From a virus (lineage: Duplodnaviria > Heunggongvirae > Uroviricota > Caudoviricetes): a stretch of DNA of 34,002 bases. Shown one piece after another: positions 8,851 to 18,306 of this stretch. The stretch's first letter is position 1; the number at the start of each line of letters is the position of its first letter. Location of the stretch: IMG/VR virus record IMGVR_UViG_2623620506_000009, positions 1-34,002 of that record. The stretch is one strand, 5' to 3'. The notes beneath the pieces are model-generated. The model saw nothing but the letters and a program-made list of their open reading frames with translations, was not told where the DNA came from and searched no databases. The position numbers were made by a program, and so were the translations under genes.

Positions 8851-10124
8851 CAGTCGGTAATCTCCACAGGTTGCGTCGGCAGTATGAATGACGGATGGCG
8901 CAGGCGGTTACGCTGCACGATTTCATCCCGTCGGCTGGTGTCACCATGCTCGCGCCATGCCAGCAATGCGGCAGATGTGGTTGTGGTCAGCGTCACCTGC
9001 CGGGTTTCCGGCAGACGGGCGGCACGCTCGCGGGCATCCGTAATCACGGCCTGCCGTAAATCGCGCAGCGTTCGCCACAATGCCCGCTGGTTATTTTCCA
9101 CCGCCGCCACCGCCTGCTCATGCAGTTCAGCCGCCAGCGTGTCACCGGCAGATAATGCCGCATCACTGGTATCGAACGTCATCGAGGCCACGGCATTTGC
9201 CTGTCCCAGCAGGGTTTCCAGCACAACCACCTGGCGGAAGTCGTCAATGTTCTTCTGCAGGCTGTCAGATACCGGCTGATAATCCGGTGACAGCCCGATA
9301 GCAAAGCCTATTTCACCGTCTGCCACGCTGCCGGGCTTCACGGTGATATCTTCCGGCAGTGCGCCGGTGGCAACCTGTCGGGCACGTTCTCCGGCCCACT
9401 GGTTGCGTAATGTCGTGTAAACCGCCAGTGCTTCGGGTGGTTCCGTCACCAGATCAACCACGCCGTCGATGAACGAGGACAGCTCACTGACCAGACGCCC
9501 CGGTGTGGCAATGATGGTTCCGGCCATCTCCTTAAAATGGTTCAGCCTATCCATCCACTGATTCAGTGCTGACGGTAGCGTGGGCAGGTTAGCCACAAGA
9601 TTTTCCATATCGGACAGAAAGCTGTCGGCCATCTCACCCAGCCCGTCAAGTGCGCCGAACCAGTCGCCATCGTCAATGGCCGCTTTTACCGCATCAATAC
9701 CCGTCAGCACTTCCTGCTGCGTGTTATCCGCCGCAGACGGGAACAGGCGCTCGCCTGCCTCAAACACTTCAAAGGTGACATACGCAATGCCGTCTTCCTC
9801 CGTGCTGAGGCGATGGGTGACCTTGCCAACCTGTACGGTCTGTATCCCGAACCACGGGTGGATAAGCTCGCCGGGGCCGGGGGTATTGAGCGCGTCTAAA
9901 AGGGCGTTTAAATCATCCTGGAAGTTTTTACCCAGCAGCTTTGCGTTAATCTGCTGTTGTCCCGGAACGGCCCCGTTATCATCCGTCCAGGCGGTTTCGC
10001 GCCGGGGATACGCACGGGGAATGGCACGACGGCCACCGGTGCCTTCCGTATCCACCAGAAAGAAGGGGACGCCGCGAAACGAGGCATCGCGCAGCCCGTC
10101 CCATTTGCCGTTGCTCGTTGTCAT
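8850..10124 (-). CDS. DNA circularization protein N-like (Mu gp43)
   Basis: 424 aa immediately after the tape measure gene; start overlaps tape measure stop. Confidence 0.8.
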   Translation of the reverse strand: MTTSNGKWDGLRDASFRGVPFFLVDTEGTGGRRAIPRAYPRRETAWTDDNGAVPGQQQINAKLLGKNFQDDLNALLDALNTPGPGELIHPWFGIQTVQVGKVTHRLSTEEDGIAYVTFEVFEAGERLFPSAADNTQQEVLTGIDAVKAAIDDGDWFGALDGLGEMADSFLSDMENLVANLPTLPSALNQWMDRLNHFKEMAGTIIATPGRLVSELSSFIDGVVDLVTEPPEALAVYTTLRNQWAGERARQVATGALPEDITVKPGSVADGEIGFAIGLSPDYQPVSDSLQKNIDDFRQVVVLETLLGQANAVASMTFDTSDAALSAGDTLAAELHEQAVAAVENNQRALWRTLRDLRQAVITDARERAARLPETRQVTLTTTTSAALLAWREHGDTSRRDEIVQRNRLRHPSFILPTQPVEITD

Positions 10125-11971
10125 TACCCTTGCTCCACGCTGGTGACGCCAGCCTGCGCACTGAGTCTGACGCCGGGTTGATCCACTCTGACACTTTTCA
10201 CGCGGGCGTCACCTTCCACCACCACACGGATTTCCCCCTGCAACTGCTGCGGAAGGAAAGGATAATTCTGTGTGGGTTGCATACCTGCCCACGGTCGCGG
10301 GTCGGCAATGTTCTTATCACCAAGCGAATTGAACCAGTCTGTTACCTTACGCCAGACGGATTCCAGTGCTTTCTGGTTGTCCTGGCTTTGTTGTGCGAAC
10401 TCGCGCTCCCACGGGCTGGCGCTGGCATCACCGGCAACGGATTTAGTGAGACTGTGAACCTCACCCGGCAGGGCGTATTGCGTGGTCAGAAAATCGTAAA
10501 ATTCCAGAGCACCGGCAATGATGCCAGCGCCTTTACCTGCCTTTCCTCCACGGTTACCCGGACCCCGAGGATTGCGGGGATTGCGCGATGAATCCGGTGT
10601 ATCCGGCAGACCGCCGGTATTACCATTCATCCCGCCACTGCCCATATTGACCACATACACCGGCATCACGCCGGAGCCGAAAACATCCGTAATGCCACCG
10701 GGTATCCCTTTGCCTTTCCCTTTGGGATTCATGATGTCGTGGATGGTTTTACCGAACTGATACGTCTTTCTGATGGCGATAATGCCACCCAGCGCAATCG
10801 CCATATATTTACCGACCTGCAACCAGTTCTGGACTGTGTTCTGGTCCACGCTGTTGAGCGCATCCGCCAGGTCCTGAACGGGCTTTGCCAGTTGTCCTTC
10901 AGCAAAACGTTGCCATTCGTTATTCAGTGACTGCATTGCGGCATTAAAGCCTTCAGCATTGGTCTGTGCGGCTTTTTGTGTGGAGCCCACTTCAGCTGTG
11001 CCGTAAATCATTTGCTCCAGCAATTGCCGGTTTTCTGGGCTGAGTAACGCTTTCATCCCCTGCATCCCTGTCTGATCAAACACATCCTGAAGTTTCAGCG
11101 GGTCGTATTTAGCCCGTTTGAGGATTTCCATCATCAGTTCATAGGGCTTTTTAATGTCTTTTGTGCCTTTGACAAAAACGTCAACCCCGTTTTTTTTCAG
11201 GAACTCAATGTTCTTTTTGTCCGACAGGGAGGCATACATGGCCTGAATACTGGTTACCGTCTCATCAATGCTGCCTTTGTTTTTGGCGAACACCTGAGCA
11301 AATGCCCCCATCTGGGCAATGGCTTCCGGCCCCTGATCCTGAATGATGGAAAACAGTTTTGGGGCCGCGCGTGCAACATCAGCAACGCTGACAGAACCCA
11401 CCGCGAACTGTGCATACAACCTGTCCATAGTGTTGCTGACCGCATCAGCGCCCCGGACGCCTTTTTCCCAGAACTGCGCCATCAGCCCGGCGGCCACCTG
11501 TCCGTCAACACCAAATGCCTGCATAAACAGCCCCATGTTGCGCAGGTTATCCACCACATACTGATAATCACCGGTTTTTCCCAGCAGGGCATCAACCCCT
11601 TCACCAAGGGCTGAAGCATCAATGCGGATATCCTTCTGATTGGAAACGTCCCGGATCGCGTTCTTCAGCGTATTGACCTGATCTGCGTTTAATTTGGCAT
11701 TGGTTCCCATACGCCGCATTTGTGCATCAAAGTCGGCGACCTGCTTGATGGTGAGGCTACTGCCAAGCCCGGCAATCATCGCCGTGTAGCGGTTGTCCAG
11801 CGTGTCAAGGCCGCGTCCTGCGGCCTCCGTTGTGGCTTTGACAAGGCGCATGGCCTTCTGATGGTTCCGGGCGAACTGCGACATATTTGCGCCGTATTGC
11901 CGGGCTTTGGCGGTCAGGTTCCCGGCAAGGTTGATCATGATTTCCGTGCTGAGACGGTTACCTGTTGCCAT
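10124..11971 (-). CDS. tail tape measure protein (Mu gp42-like)
   Basis: 615 aa; ATG at 11971; helical N-terminal two thirds, Gly-rich C-terminal region (GSGGMNGNTGG...GPGNRGGKAGKGAG); follows the chaperone gene. Confidence 0.85.
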   Translation of the reverse strand: MATGNRLSTEIMINLAGNLTAKARQYGANMSQFARNHQKAMRLVKATTEAAGRGLDTLDNRYTAMIAGLGSSLTIKQVADFDAQMRRMGTNAKLNADQVNTLKNAIRDVSNQKDIRIDASALGEGVDALLGKTGDYQYVVDNLRNMGLFMQAFGVDGQVAAGLMAQFWEKGVRGADAVSNTMDRLYAQFAVGSVSVADVARAAPKLFSIIQDQGPEAIAQMGAFAQVFAKNKGSIDETVTSIQAMYASLSDKKNIEFLKKNGVDVFVKGTKDIKKPYELMMEILKRAKYDPLKLQDVFDQTGMQGMKALLSPENRQLLEQMIYGTAEVGSTQKAAQTNAEGFNAAMQSLNNEWQRFAEGQLAKPVQDLADALNSVDQNTVQNWLQVGKYMAIALGGIIAIRKTYQFGKTIHDIMNPKGKGKGIPGGITDVFGSGVMPVYVVNMGSGGMNGNTGGLPDTPDSSRNPRNPRGPGNRGGKAGKGAGIIAGALEFYDFLTTQYALPGEVHSLTKSVAGDASASPWEREFAQQSQDNQKALESVWRKVTDWFNSLGDKNIADPRPWAGMQPTQNYPFLPQQLQGEIRVVVEGDARVKSVRVDQPGVRLSAQAGVTSVEQG

Positions 11972-12167
11972 GCTGTTTCTCCAGTTGCTTTATCAGGCGG
12001 AACAGCTGCCGCAGGGGCAGCTGTTCCAGGTACTGAATGCTGAATCTCTGGGACAGGTTAACCAGCAGGTTCATCAGTGCCGCCGCCAGCGGCATCAGTT
12101 CGCCCCCGCGTTGCCACCTCCTCAAGCATGTCATCCAGCGCAGCAGCTTTGGTGCTGATAAGTTCAA
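11958..12167 (-). other. ORF overlapping the 3' end of the tail chaperone gene in the +1 frame and bridging to the tape measure start (candidate frameshift extension)
   Basis: 69-codon ORF with no ATG or SD of its own; overlaps the chaperone gene by about 110 nt and ends 13 nt past the tape measure ATG; G-run CGGGGGC lies in the overlap. Confidence 0.3.
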
Positions 12168-12453
12168 GGTCTGCCGGGTGGAGCATTCGCAGCTGTTTCA
12201 TGTCCAGCGGGCCGGGAATGTTGCCGATGGCCGCAACCTGACGGCGCATCATCTCCAGCCCCATCAGCACCTCAGAACAGTAGGCCACCGCCTTTCCGTT
12301 CCCGCCCATGACGACACGTTCTGCGGCCAGTTGCGCATCAATCACATCACTGGCGGTCAGTTCGCGCAGCTTCACGGTTTTATGCAGGGTTTCATCTGCC
12401 GTGCCTTTGCCGGTCAGAAGCCCGTGTTTCAGTTCAAATGTCATTTCAGCCAT
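12058..12453 (-). CDS. tail assembly chaperone (Mu gp41-like)
   Basis: 131 aa between tube and tape measure genes; AAGGTG SD; canonical position of the G/GT-type chaperone. Confidence 0.65.
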   Translation of the reverse strand: MAEMTFELKHGLLTGKGTADETLHKTVKLRELTASDVIDAQLAAERVVMGGNGKAVAYCSEVLMGLEMMRRQVAAIGNIPGPLDMKQLRMLHPADLELISTKAAALDDMLEEVATRGRTDAAGGGTDEPAG

Positions 12454-12454
12454 G

Positions 12455-12811
12455 TCACACCTTCACGCATTTTTCACCGATAAAGTTCGCACTGATGGTG
12501 CCGGAATCCTCGTCCAGCTCCGCCGGGTTATCCGTGGCTGAACCTGTCATCATGTAGTTCAGGCCGTTGTCGCCGTAGAACATCACCGTGACGTCTTCCC
12601 AGCTGCTGATTTCAATCACGTCCATATCCGCTGCCGCCGCAATGGTCACTTTGATGGACGGCGAGGCCATCTTGCTGGAGATGCCCCAGACCTTGCCGCC
12701 GCCCATATGCTGGGTGCGGCTGAAGCCGCCCGGGTTCAGCGTGGATTTCCCCTCGGTTTTAATTTCGCGGCCATTCACGCGAATGGTCGCCATGCCAAGA
12801 ATTTTTGCCAT
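12455..12811 (-). CDS. tail tube protein (Mu M-like)
   Basis: 118 aa directly downstream of sheath gene; AAGGGG SD; synteny. Confidence 0.8.
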   Translation of the reverse strand: MAKILGMATIRVNGREIKTEGKSTLNPGGFSRTQHMGGGKVWGISSKMASPSIKVTIAAAADMDVIEISSWEDVTVMFYGDNGLNYMMTGSATDNPAELDEDSGTISANFIGEKCVKV

Positions 12812-12820
12812 GTGGTCCCC

Positions 12821-14296
12821 TTAAAGCTTGAACTGAATCAGGCCTGCCAGCACACGCAGCTGGTTCACCAGATTCGGGTGGCAGATAAAGTTCAGGCGGT
12901 TTTTATCACTGCTGTCGCGTGTCACCTGAAGCGTGTCCTTGTAATCGCTGAAGTTCTCCACAAGGCCCGCAGGGATAAGTTCGGTCTGGCAGATATCCAG
13001 CAGCTCTGCGGTGCACAGCTTCGGCGTCATCACCGGCTGACCGGCATCCAGTGAGTCCAGCACGTCATCATCCGCCAGCTTGTGGCGCGGATAACGGTTC
13101 GTGAAACGGTTTTTGATGATATAACGGATACGGCCCAGCGTGGCGGGTGACTGCACATCCAGGTACGACACATCCGCATCACCGTACTGGTTAACCCGGT
13201 ACATGGTGATTTCTCGCTCGATACAGACGTTATCCCCGGCGTCCACCATGTGTGTGGCAATGCCGTCATGCAGCAGCAGGTTACGTTCCGGCATATCCCA
13301 GCGAACATTACGCGCAGGCGGCAGAATGCCGGTCAGGACCAGCGTCTGAAGCGGACGCGCCGGGTCAATGGCAAGGTGATACGCTGCCGTTGCGCCGTAT
13401 GACGCGGCCCACATCCACGCAGGGTGCGGTGACAGGTTGGTGCCGATACAGCTAATCAGCCAGTCATTGCGGGTTTCACCAAACGTGCCTGTCTCGCCGT
13501 GTGTGCCACGAAACGCCGTCCACAACTGCGCCTCCATCATTTTGAGCGGCCCCCAGCGGTTCAGCAGTTCATCACGCAGGGTGTTCAGGCTTTTCGTGTC
13601 GGTGAACGGGGCGATGATATCGGTAAACCACTCCGGGCCGATGGCCGCAACGGCATCCGCCATTTCCGGTGTCCCGGTGCCGCCGGTAAACGCGGTGGCG
13701 GTCACCTTCACACCTGCCGGGAAGGCTTCACCGGTGTAGTAGTTCAGGCGAACGTCGGCACCGTTGCCGGTGACGCCGTGCCAGTTCACGGTCAGCTCCA
13801 CGGTATCCGTGGCATCATCCTTCACCGCAGCGGCCACCTGCGTGGCAGGCTTTTTCGTCACCGCATCAGCAATAGCTTTTGCAATATTTTCCTTCGTAGC
13901 CCCGGCGCTCACGCTCACCTGAACGGACACACCGTTAATCAGCAGTGCCACCGTTCCGGCTTCAGTCGCTGTCCCCAGCACGGTCAGCGTGGCTTTTGCG
14001 GCAGCGCCAACAGGTGCGGCAACCGGCATTGCCCAGGTTTCCGTGTACGTGTTGGCACGACGCAGCATTTTGAGCATTTCAGCCAGCATCGACCCTTTGC
14101 CATAAAGCTGGTCTGCCTGGCTGTCACTGGTGATGCGGGTCAGTGACAGGGCGTCTGCGCTGCCGGACGATACCGCATGGCCCATGACCAGAATTTTTCG
14201 GCTTTGCGCGGATGCACCATCCAGCGCCTGTGAATTGTCGATATCGATCCAGACAAGCGGGACGCGGATATCATCAGGAATTGAACCCAGCGACAT
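12821..14296 (-). CDS. contractile tail sheath protein (Mu L-like)
   Basis: 491 aa; size and position upstream of the tube gene. Confidence 0.9.
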   Translation of the reverse strand: MSLGSIPDDIRVPLVWIDIDNSQALDGASAQSRKILVMGHAVSSGSADALSLTRITSDSQADQLYGKGSMLAEMLKMLRRANTYTETWAMPVAAPVGAAAKATLTVLGTATEAGTVALLINGVSVQVSVSAGATKENIAKAIADAVTKKPATQVAAAVKDDATDTVELTVNWHGVTGNGADVRLNYYTGEAFPAGVKVTATAFTGGTGTPEMADAVAAIGPEWFTDIIAPFTDTKSLNTLRDELLNRWGPLKMMEAQLWTAFRGTHGETGTFGETRNDWLISCIGTNLSPHPAWMWAASYGATAAYHLAIDPARPLQTLVLTGILPPARNVRWDMPERNLLLHDGIATHMVDAGDNVCIEREITMYRVNQYGDADVSYLDVQSPATLGRIRYIIKNRFTNRYPRHKLADDDVLDSLDAGQPVMTPKLCTAELLDICQTELIPAGLVENFSDYKDTLQVTRDSSDKNRLNFICHPNLVNQLRVLAGLIQFKL

Positions 14297-14481
14297 TATT
14301 TTTTCCCTCTGTTTTTGTTGCTATTTTTCGGAAGCTCGGTTATTTCCACATCTCCCTCGGCTTCACGGCGCAGCCAGTAAGCGCAGACGTCGAGACGTTC
14401 CCCTTCCGGGGATAAATGCGCGCCATCCGGTTTACGGACACGGACGTTTTCCCGCGCTGGCTTAATCAGTTTCTGTTCCAT
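14296..14481 (-). CDS. small conserved protein (DUF2635-like)
   Basis: ATG at 14481 with GGGGTG SD (ATG at 14496 has no SD); 61 aa MEQKLIKPARENVRVRKPDG...; sits between gp38-like and sheath genes. Confidence 0.45.
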   Translation of the reverse strand: MEQKLIKPARENVRVRKPDGAHLSPEGERLDVCAYWLRREAEGDVEITELPKNSNKNRGKK

Positions 14482-15073
14482 CGTCACCCCGTACATGGAT
14501 CACGTCGTTAATTTCAGTGTGTTCACCGCTACGCAGCGTTGCCCCGAGGCGCAGGAAGTCCGGGAGCGCGGCGAGTTCAATCTCTTCATCCAGCTGAAAT
14601 TCCTGCTCCCACGTCACCGCCCACATGGTGACGCCCAGCCCGTCGAGGCTGGCGGAGTAAATGTTGTCTGCCCGCACATCAGCAGCCATGCGTTCAGCCC
14701 CCATGCCCGCTGTGGCATCCGACGACAGCAGGCGTTTAATCACCTTTCCGGCCAGTACTTCACAGCGCACGTCGCGGGAGTACCCCCACGAATCCGTCGC
14801 CATGATGTAAGCCACCCAGGTAACCAGACCGGACAGCCCGCCGCGCGGGTTGATATCCCGGACACGCAGGGCCGCTACTCGGATACAGCCGGTACGACCG
14901 GACAGATAGCGTTTGACTTCCTCCGGGCTGTTGAACTGGCCGATGTGACGCTCCACCACGTCAGCCCGGTCAGGGGTTTTCCCCTGAAGTGCTGTTTTCA
15001 GCCAGGCCACAATGCGCTCTGCGGCCGCAACGGTGCTCCCCGGTGTGCGCAGTTCAGGGCGTTGTTCTGTCAT
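14462..15073 (-). CDS. virion protein (Mu gp38-like)
   Basis: 203 aa; ATGA overlap with upstream gene; synteny. Confidence 0.65.
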   Translation of the reverse strand: MTEQRPELRTPGSTVAAAERIVAWLKTALQGKTPDRADVVERHIGQFNSPEEVKRYLSGRTGCIRVAALRVRDINPRGGLSGLVTWVAYIMATDSWGYSRDVRCEVLAGKVIKRLLSSDATAGMGAERMAADVRADNIYSASLDGLGVTMWAVTWEQEFQLDEEIELAALPDFLRLGATLRSGEHTEINDVIHVRGDDGTETD

Positions 15074-15612
15074 GGCAGAACCTCCTTCCAGAAATGACTG
15101 ATAACCTGTTGCAGCTCCTGCTGGTTGGCAGAAGACAGCCCCAGAAATTCACGTTGTGGAATATTCATCATGCGGTTATGTGCGCCGACGGTCTGCCAGA
15201 CCGGATATTTCAGCGCCCGCCCGAAACACTGCGAGATAAGCCGTTTGTGGGCGCTGACCGGCACACTGCCGGAAAAGCCGTCATTCATGATGCGGGCATC
15301 ATCCAGCGGTGAACCGATACGCACCACGCGGTTTTCCACGATGTACTGGATACTCTCCAGCAGATGGCCTTCACCGCGCAGCAGACTCTGGTTGCCGTGG
15401 CGGGTCTTTTTGTACCCGTCAGACCAGTCCGGCCAGCGTTCGCCACCCGGACTGGTTTTCTCATCGATGATGCGGCGGCGGGTCTGTGATTCCACCACCG
15501 CACCGATGCTCTCCAGCAGCTCTGCCTGCAATGAACCATCTGCCAGCTTTTCAACGGCACGGCGGATATCCTCCAGCCGCTGGTCACCGCTGACCTGTAC
15601 AGAAATCCCCAT
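15070..15612 (-). CDS. phage virion morphogenesis protein (Mu G/tail-completion family)
   Basis: ATG at 15612 (track start 15615 is GTG); 180 aa MGISVQVSGDQRLEDIRRAVEKLADGSLQ...; overlaps upstream stop. Confidence 0.7.
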   Translation of the reverse strand: MGISVQVSGDQRLEDIRRAVEKLADGSLQAELLESIGAVVESQTRRRIIDEKTSPGGERWPDWSDGYKKTRHGNQSLLRGEGHLLESIQYIVENRVVRIGSPLDDARIMNDGFSGSVPVSAHKRLISQCFGRALKYPVWQTVGAHNRMMNIPQREFLGLSSANQQELQQVISHFWKEVLP

Positions 15613-16049
15613 CACAGCACCCCTTTCAGGTTGTTACGGGTGAACAGCCGGGCATTGGCACCCACCACAATGATTTTCCCGTGGTCGGTTTCTGCCGGGG
15701 TGGCATACGTCGGCAGGCCCAGGTCACGGGTGCCGTTCGCCATCTCACGCAGGGTTTTAATGGCGTCGTCGTAGCGTTTCTGGATCAGCTCCGTGATTTG
15801 ATTGTCACGCTCTGACAACCAGTAAAACGCCAGCGATACCGCCACGCGTTGCAGCGGGCGCGGGATTTCCGTCACCCCCAGCGGCAGCTGGTAGCGGCGG
15901 GACAGAAACGAATCAATTTCCGCTTCGGCATCACTGATGGCCTGACGGATTTTGTCTTCATCCAGTTCGTTGGTTTCCCGGTTAATCGCCATGTTCCAGA
16001 CAAGATTGCCGTCCGCGCGTAACAGGTCTTCCTGCGTGATATACCCCAT
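15612..16049 (-). CDS. head-tail connector protein (Mu gp36/J-like)
   Basis: 145 aa; ATGA overlap; synteny after major head gene. Confidence 0.65.
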   Translation of the reverse strand: MGYITQEDLLRADGNLVWNMAINRETNELDEDKIRQAISDAEAEIDSFLSRRYQLPLGVTEIPRPLQRVAVSLAFYWLSERDNQITELIQKRYDDAIKTLREMANGTRDLGLPTYATPAETDHGKIIVVGANARLFTRNNLKGVL

Positions 16050-16360
16050 CAGCCTTTCTCCGCTTCCCGGACAATCAGATTCGGCTCTGCCATCAGGCGG
16101 GTGGCAACCGCAGCGGTCACCGCCACATCCTCACCGGCATGTGACCAGAAACGGCCACAGCGCCAGAACCCGTTTTCAGACACGGCCCGGACGTTCAGCC
16201 GGACAGGGGCGTCACCCTGTACAGCAGCCGGGTCTTCAGCCGGACGTGGTTCATTCGCCTGACCGTCAGCCACAATAACGTCTGCCAGCGGTGTCGGGTT
16301 TTCCTGTGCTGCGCTGTTCTTTGCGGCTTTCGCGCCTTTGGTTCCTGCTTTTTCACTCAT
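16049..16360 (-). CDS. small head-associated protein (Mu gp35-like)
   Basis: 103 aa with Ala/Pro/Glu-rich N-terminus and C-terminal VRAVSENGFWRCGRFW motif; directly follows major head gene. Confidence 0.6.
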   Translation of the reverse strand: MSEKAGTKGAKAAKNSAAQENPTPLADVIVADGQANEPRPAEDPAAVQGDAPVRLNVRAVSENGFWRCGRFWSHAGEDVAVTAAVATRLMAEPNLIVREAEKG

Positions 16361-16364
16361 GACT

Positions 16365-16414
16365 CTGCCTTTTAAAAGGCAGTTAAAAGGGCATTCACAG
16401 CGCCTTTTAACTGC
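16365..16414 (-). terminator. tandem hairpins just downstream of major head gene (attenuator/weak terminator or mRNA-stabilising structure)
   Basis: Perfect palindrome CTGCCTTTTAAAAGGCAG (16365-16382) and longer stem GCAGTTAAAAGGGC/GCCTTTTAACTGC (16379-16414) in the 78-nt gap after the major head stop; only a short U-run follows on the transcript. Confidence 0.3.
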
Positions 16415-16438
16415 GGGTTACAGATTACGGATGACGGG

Positions 16439-17344
16439 TTATGCCGGGGTGGTGATGTACGGGCTGTCCACGATCTCCACATCCTTGTACCAGATGTTGG
16501 AATCGCCGCCGTTAACCAGCATGGCGTCAATAATGAGCTTCGCGTCCGCACGGTTTTTCGGCCCCACCACAAGGGTGGTCGGGCGGATGCCCAGCGGTTC
16601 ACCGTTGGTGCCCTTCATGCCCCGCAGCAACTCATTGGCTTTTTTGTAGTTCTCCACCGTCAGTGCCGCACGGGAACCGACGGCAGTCTGCCAGAAGCCG
16701 AAGCCCGCATTGCAGCGACCGTCCACCCCGTACAGGAACTCGTGGTTTTTGAAGGTGTGCTCGCTGTTCAGATCGTCCAGGGCTTCAAACTTAAAGGCGC
16801 GTCGCGTCTGCCAGATGATGGGTTTCAGCACCTGCGACTCATCAATCAGGAACCACGGTTCGCCCTTGTCTGATGCCGGGGTGCCGACAACGTTGCTGTA
16901 GGTGCCGTCACCCAGCGGGTGGTCTTCATCAAAGAAGTTCTGACCGTCAAAACACAGGGTGTTAAATCCGGCACACAGCAGGGCGTAACACAACTTGTCC
17001 GGGAATACGGCTGTCATACGGCCATAGCGTTCGGCAGTAATGCTGTACTGACCAATCTGGTCATCTTCAATGTGTTCGCGCTTAACGCGAATGGAACTTT
17101 CCCAGAGTTTGTTGGTGATGGTGTAACCATAACCGTCCAGCGTTGCCAGCTGACGCTCACCGACCCATTCTTTGATGTCCGGTAAATCTTTCATCCAGCC
17201 GTAGGTGTTGGAGGCGGACGAACTCGGCACCTCAGAAGCAATACGATTCCACTGCGGTTCGACACCACTCAGTCCACGGGTAAAGGCGGCGCTCAGGCAG
17301 GTGGTCAGCGCGTGAAGGATTTCAGAACTGACAGTCTGTCCCAT
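16439..17344 (-). CDS. major head (capsid) subunit (Mu T-like)
   Basis: 301 aa; follows protease/scaffold gene with 1-nt stop/start overlap; size and position match the Mu major head gene. Confidence 0.9.
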   Translation of the reverse strand: MGQTVSSEILHALTTCLSAAFTRGLSGVEPQWNRIASEVPSSSASNTYGWMKDLPDIKEWVGERQLATLDGYGYTITNKLWESSIRVKREHIEDDQIGQYSITAERYGRMTAVFPDKLCYALLCAGFNTLCFDGQNFFDEDHPLGDGTYSNVVGTPASDKGEPWFLIDESQVLKPIIWQTRRAFKFEALDDLNSEHTFKNHEFLYGVDGRCNAGFGFWQTAVGSRAALTVENYKKANELLRGMKGTNGEPLGIRPTTLVVGPKNRADAKLIIDAMLVNGGDSNIWYKDVEIVDSPYITTPA

Positions 17345-18306
17345 TAGTTATTCTCCTGTTTTGGTTTAGCGGCGAGGAACTCTTCCCCGGTAATACCCAT
17401 GCTGCGGCACATCGCCAGTTCGGCGTCGGTCAGCCTCTGCGCGGGTTTATCCTTGCCCTGGCTGGGCTTGTCGTTGTTCACCAGCGGCTGTGCGCCTCTG
17501 GTGTACTCCGCAAACTGTTTGCGGCCTTCTTCCGTGCGGCAGGTGGCAAGGAACATGTCACGGTTTGCCGGGGCCACTTTTCCGGCTTCGATGGCCGCAT
17601 CCACAAGCGCTTCTGCTTCCTTCTCTTCCAGTTGCTGAAGGCGTTGTTCTGCGGTTTCGGCACGGTTCAGTGCCAGATTGTGGGTTTCCACCGGTACAAA
17701 CTTCGTCAGGTCAGGTGTCTGTGCGCGGTTCAGCGCCACCTGTTCGTTCTCCTGAAGTTGTTTAATGGCGGCCACGGTATCGTCCACCGTGGCAGATTCA
17801 GCCAGCCCAAGCAGGCCGGTGATTTGCACAGGTACTGTCATCGGGTTTTTCTCCGTATTCAGTGCAGGAAAGTCCAGGTTAGGTTTGTTGGTCAGCCCGA
17901 CGCTGGACAGGCGCGTCACCACACCGTCTGCGTCAAAGAAAAACGCCGGGCTGTAATAGCGGTAACGGCGTTCGCTCAGCATCCACCGGGCGTACTCGCT
18001 CCAGACAACACGGCCTTCAATGGTGCCGCTGTCCGTCACGCGCAGTTCTTCCACCCAGCCATACGCCGGGGCTTCATCACCGCGTTGCCCTTTAATTTCG
18101 GTGGCGTGTTCAATGTCCACCGGAATTTTGATGTCGGACGAGCGGGTGACCACCTCATGCGGATTGCGGTTAATCCACGTCCGGCCATCGCGCCCGGTGA
18201 ACTCACCCGCAGGGACGAGTTCAAGCCATTCCGGCAGTTGAGCGGGTGTCAGCTCAGGGATGGGTTCTGGCAGGGAAAAACACAGCGCCAGCAGTTCCGG
18301 TTGCAT
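17344..18306 (-). CDS. head maturation protease/scaffold protein (Mu I-like)
   Basis: 320 aa; ATG 18306 with GGAGA SD; C-terminal coiled-coil/scaffold-like region; position before major head gene. Confidence 0.85.
   Translation of the reverse strand: MQPELLALCFSLPEPIPELTPAQLPEWLELVPAGEFTGRDGRTWINRNPHEVVTRSSDIKIPVDIEHATEIKGQRGDEAPAYGWVEELRVTDSGTIEGRVVWSEYARWMLSERRYRYYSPAFFFDADGVVTRLSSVGLTNKPNLDFPALNTEKNPMTVPVQITGLLGLAESATVDDTVAAIKQLQENEQVALNRAQTPDLTKFVPVETHNLALNRAETAEQRLQQLEEKEAEALVDAAIEAGKVAPANRDMFLATCRTEEGRKQFAEYTRGAQPLVNNDKPSQGKDKPAQRLTDAELAMCRSMGITGEEFLAAKPKQENN

Noticed and set aside
15070-15612. Apparent relocation of the Mu G-family virion morphogenesis gene to after J instead of between F and I
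   Set aside because: My recollection of which Mu gene letter belongs to this family is not firm enough to call a rearrangement; annotated by family only.
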